Origin: a bacterium
GTDB lineage: Bacteria > UBP18 > UBA7526
Length of the DNA stretch: 64,000 nucleotides
Assembly (NCBI GenBank): GCA_030615855.1
Contig: JAUWYL010000001.1
Coordinates: 53,850 to 117,849 of the forward strand
Reading direction: 5' to 3'
A program made the position numbers and the translations under genes. Positions 60,751 through 64,000 of the stretch are shown here, piece after piece. How positions within the stretch are numbered: the stretch's first letter is position 1; every line of letters begins with the position of its first letter. The notes beneath the pieces were generated by a model. It worked only from the letters and a program-made list of their open reading frames with translations, did no database searches and was not told the origin of the DNA.

Positions 60751-61575
60751 ATGTTAGTTGTTAAAGAGAAAGTATGTAAGTCTATCCTGAGTAAATCTGG
60801 TATTACTGATTACTCTTTGAACTGCTATACTGGTTGTGAGCATGGCTGCCTATACTGCTACGCTCGCTTTATGCGGGGATATACGGGACATAAGGAGCCC
60901 TGGGGAAAGTTCGTCGATGTCAAAGTAAACGCCCCCTTAGTCCTGGAGAAAGAGATAAAGAGAAAGCCAAGGGGTGAGGTCTTCGTAAGTTCTGTATGTG
61001 ACCCTTATCAACCCTTAGAAGAAAAATATCAGTTAACCAGAAAATGCCTTAAGATCTTGGTTGAGAATAGATTTCCCATAACCATCCTGACCAAGGGCTC
61101 TTTAGTAAAAAGGGATTTCGATATATTAAAAGGTTATCCTCAGGTGGAGTTAGGCTTGACCATCACCACTATGGATGAAGACTTAAAGAAAAAGATCGAA
61201 CCCCTTTCTTCCTCAAACAGAGAAAGGATCTCTACTTTGGAAGAAGCCTCAAAATTAGGGATTAAAAGCTATTGCTTCTTAGGACCCTTCCTTCCCTTCA
61301 TTGGGGATAGGGAGGAGAGCCTAAAGAGATTATTTGGGGCCGTCTCTTCTTTAAATTTAGATCATATCTACGTTGACAGATTAAACCTCAGGTTCGGTGT
61401 CTGGAAGAGCCTCTATCCCTTCTTAAAAAGGTATTATCCAGAAAATATCTCTAAAGTAAGTAAAGCACTCTTCAACAAACGAGAGAGCGAAAAGTATTCT
61501 TCAGAACTCCACCAGCGAATAAAAGATATAGCAAGAACCTTCCGTTTATTAGAAAAGATAGAGTTTTGCTTCTGA
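60751..61575 (+). CDS. Radical SAM protein (SplB/Rv2578c-like)
   Basis: N.Y.GC.HGC.YCYA, SS..DPYQP.E, ILTK. Confidence 0.88.
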   Translation: MLVVKEKVCKSILSKSGITDYSLNCYTGCEHGCLYCYARFMRGYTGHKEPWGKFVDVKVNAPLVLEKEIKRKPRGEVFVSSVCDPYQPLEEKYQLTRKCLKILVENRFPITILTKGSLVKRDFDILKGYPQVELGLTITTMDEDLKKKIEPLSSSNRERISTLEEASKLGIKSYCFLGPFLPFIGDREESLKRLFGAVSSLNLDHIYVDRLNLRFGVWKSLYPFLKRYYPENISKVSKALFNKRESEKYSSELHQRIKDIARTFRLLEKIEFCF

Positions 61576-62576
61576 TGATTGAGGTAAAGGCACCTACCAG
61601 GGTGGATTTAGCAGGAGGGACGTTAGATATCTACCCCCTCTATCTCTTTGAGGAGGGAAGCCTAACGGTTAATGTAGCCATTAACCTTTATTCCCAGGTA
61701 AAGATAGAGAAGAGAAGAGATAAAAGGATTCATATTAATTCTTTGGATTTGGGAAAAGAAGTTAGGGCAAAGGATATTGAGTCTCTGAAGTATGGAACGG
61801 AACTTGATTATCTCATCCGGATCATTAAGTTCTTTGCCCCTTCCAATATGGGTCTAAATATCACTACCAGGTGTCAGGCACCGAGGGGCTCTGGGATAGG
61901 TGGTTCCTCATCCTTTGCATTGGCATTGAGCGCTGGACTGAATAGATTGAGAAAGAAGAAATACAGTTTGGAAGAACTCATAGATATCGATACCGATTTA
62001 GAGGTTCAGAGTATCGGCACTCCCACCGGAAAGCAGGACTACTATGCCGCTGCCTATGGAGGAGTGAATGCCATCTGGTATGGCGTAGAGAAGGATCGGA
62101 TTGAGTCTCTATTGAAAGGAAGGATGATTAAGAGATTAGAAGAACACCTGATCCTGACCTTTACTGGCAAATCAAGGCGCTCCAGTTTTACCAACTGGCA
62201 GGCGGTGAGAGAGTACATAGATGGTAGGAAGAGTATAGTAGACAGAATGAAAAGAATCCGAGAAGCAGCCCTTGATATGCGAGAGGCCATTCTGAAAGAC
62301 GATTTCAGGAGAGCGGCAGATGCTTTGCATGAAGAGTGGGCGGCGAGGAAGGGATTGGTAGAAGGAATGGTCACCCCTAAGATAAGAAGAATAATGTCTG
62401 TAGCGAAAGAGACCGGAGCCTGGGCGAGCAAGGTATGTGGTGCTGGAGGTGGAGGTTCAATCATTACTTTCGCTAAACCAGAAAGAAGGAAAAGGGTTAT
62501 AAAAGCGGTTGAGAAAGTTGGAGGAAGAATCTTAGACTTTAAGATAGCGAGAAAAGGCCTTAAAATAAGAACCTGA
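61575..62576 (+). CDS. GHMP kinase (HddA-like sugar kinase)
   Basis: APTRVDLAGG..D, P.GSG.GGSS, GKQDY, GAGGGG. Confidence 0.88.
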   Translation: MIEVKAPTRVDLAGGTLDIYPLYLFEEGSLTVNVAINLYSQVKIEKRRDKRIHINSLDLGKEVRAKDIESLKYGTELDYLIRIIKFFAPSNMGLNITTRCQAPRGSGIGGSSSFALALSAGLNRLRKKKYSLEELIDIDTDLEVQSIGTPTGKQDYYAAAYGGVNAIWYGVEKDRIESLLKGRMIKRLEEHLILTFTGKSRRSSFTNWQAVREYIDGRKSIVDRMKRIREAALDMREAILKDDFRRAADALHEEWAARKGLVEGMVTPKIRRIMSVAKETGAWASKVCGAGGGGSIITFAKPERRKRVIKAVEKVGGRILDFKIARKGLKIRT

Positions 62577-62680
62577 CTTCGTCAGAACCTTGTTTCTTTG
62601 TTAACACTCAGAAATAAGAGAATAAGGATTCCTCCATAATCATTCTGTAATCACTGAAATCATTAAAGAAGGAGGCCAAA

Positions 62681-63556
62681 ATGGCAAAGAAATTGAAGTT
62701 GGGTTTGCCCAAAGGAAGCCTGCAGGAGTCGACCATCTCCATTTTTGAGAAGGCCGGCTATCGAATAAGAGTGGATGAGAGGTCCTATTTTCCCTCTATC
62801 GATGATCCAGAGATAGAGTGCATGCTCATCCGAGCCCAAGAGATGGCAAGATATGTTCAGGATGGGGTCATCGATTGTGGAATAACGGGAAAGGACTGGA
62901 TAATGGAGAATGGGGCAAAGGTCATTGAGATGGCAGATCTGGTCTATAGCAAAAGAGGAATGAGGCCGGTGAAATGGGTCTTGGCAGCGCCGGTATCAAG
63001 CAAAATAAAGTCGGTTAAGGATTTGCGAGGAAAAAGGATTGCCACAGAGGCCGTGAATTTAACGAAGGAGTATCTGAGGAAAAATAAGGTGAAGGCAATA
63101 GTTGAATTCTCCTGGGGGGCAACAGAAGTCAAACCCCCTAAATTGGCGGATGCCATCGTTGAGATCACAGAAACTGGCGCTTCTTTAGAGGCAAATAACC
63201 TGAGGATCATTGAGACCATTCTGGAATCTACTCCGAGGCTTATCATGAATAAAAAATCCTTGAAGGATCCCTGGAAGAGGAAGAAAGTAGAGAAACTTGC
63301 TCTCCTTTTAAAGGGGGCCATCAACGCCTTTGGCAAGGTGGGGCTCATGATGAATGTGAAAAAGAAGAACCTTAAAAAAGTATTGAAAATTCTCCCCGCC
63401 CTTCAGAAGCCTACCGTCTCTCCCTTAAGCGATCCCAGATGGGTGGATGTTACTACCATTATTGATGAGAGGGTGGTAAGAGATTTAATTCCTAAACTGA
63501 AGGAGGCCGGAGCAAATGGAATCGTAGAATATCCCCTGAACAAGATAATACTATAA
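62681..63556 (+). CDS. hisG: ATP phosphoribosyltransferase (long form)
   Basis: LPKGSL, RAQE, GITG.D, SWGATE, ETG.SL..N.L, C-terminal regulatory domain. Confidence 0.95.
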   Translation: MAKKLKLGLPKGSLQESTISIFEKAGYRIRVDERSYFPSIDDPEIECMLIRAQEMARYVQDGVIDCGITGKDWIMENGAKVIEMADLVYSKRGMRPVKWVLAAPVSSKIKSVKDLRGKRIATEAVNLTKEYLRKNKVKAIVEFSWGATEVKPPKLADAIVEITETGASLEANNLRIIETILESTPRLIMNKKSLKDPWKRKKVEKLALLLKGAINAFGKVGLMMNVKKKNLKKVLKILPALQKPTVSPLSDPRWVDVTTIIDERVVRDLIPKLKEAGANGIVEYPLNKIIL

Positions 63557-63618
63557 AAGTAGAAAAATAAGAAAGTGAGAAAGTGGGAAAGTGAGCAGGT
63601 GAGAGGACGAGAGGTTAG

Positions 63619-63762
63619 ATGAAGAGATTTTTGAAAAAGTTGAAATCGCTCTTCAAGGCGAAAAGATTTTTATGCGATTCCTGCAAGTATGATTATCGAG
63701 GTGCCTGTTCTCGCCCTGAGAAACCGAATGCTATCGAATGCCCGGATTATAAAAAGAGATGA
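63619..63762 (+). CDS. Small Cys-rich protein (47 aa)
   Basis: Hand-translated MKRFLKKLKSLFKAKRFLCDSCKYDYRGACSRPEKPNAIECPDYKKR; SD GAGG. Confidence 0.6.
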   Translation: MKRFLKKLKSLFKAKRFLCDSCKYDYRGACSRPEKPNAIECPDYKKR

Positions 63763-63829
63763 ACGCAAAAGCGCAAAATTGGGTGAAATAGTTAGATTGG
63801 GTGAAATAGTTGGATTAAAATCCAGAATA

Positions 63830-64000
63830 GAGGTTTACGGTTTCCGCCAAAGGCGGACCAGCCTCTGGCTGGAACGGTTTACGGTGTACGATAAAAAACG
63901 GTTAACGGTAAACAGTCCCGACGGCTATCGGGACGGGCAAATTGAATAGCAGCTATTCACCAGCGGGGTAAGTAAAACGCACCGCTCAACAGTTAACTAA
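63830..64000 (+). repeat. Composite repeat with 56-bp core, copy 3, with twin-hairpin insert at 63843-63872
   Basis: Core at 63935-63990, 55/56 identical to copy 1. Confidence 0.85.

Noticed and set aside
63689-63949. 86-aa ORF (also 23306-23488)
   Set aside because: Translations of repeat DNA; the Cys-rich ORF 63619-63762 is the better call for the first.

Overview
A ~43% GC chromosomal segment from a diderm bacterium, probably an anaerobe of an uncultured lineage (the taxon cannot be fixed from sequence alone). Nearly all genes are on the + strand and are housekeeping: argS, hom-thrC-thrB-lysC-cimA, valS, uvrB, nadC-birA, coaX, groES-groEL, proC, mtnA, ileS, dksA-like-lspA-lgt-rluD, split metH with metV-metF, rpoZ, coaBC, radC, tRNA-Arg(CCG) and hisG. 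The notable signal is a dense layer of miniature repeat elements in most of the larger intergenic spacers and inside at least 14 genes. (1) A family bounded by CCCCGC...GCGGGG inverted ends and TTGA/TGAA/TAAA direct repeats; one member is almost entirely filled by a 77-aa GIY-YIG nuclease gene, and members sit at -35 boxes or stop/start codons and regenerate them. (2) A GxxExxY nuclease-fold gene enclosed in inverted 8-10-nt repeats, with empty look-alikes. (3) 7/8/10-nt microsatellite arrays, paired as inverted arms between genes and read in frame inside enzymes. (4) Several small hairpin elements (26-87 bp) with compensatory changes, two of which frameshift genes (yggU and a TPR lipoprotein). 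No transposase, integrase or reverse transcriptase is present in the window, so a small-nuclease-associated miniature mobile element system is the main hypothesis. It is inferred, not demonstrated.
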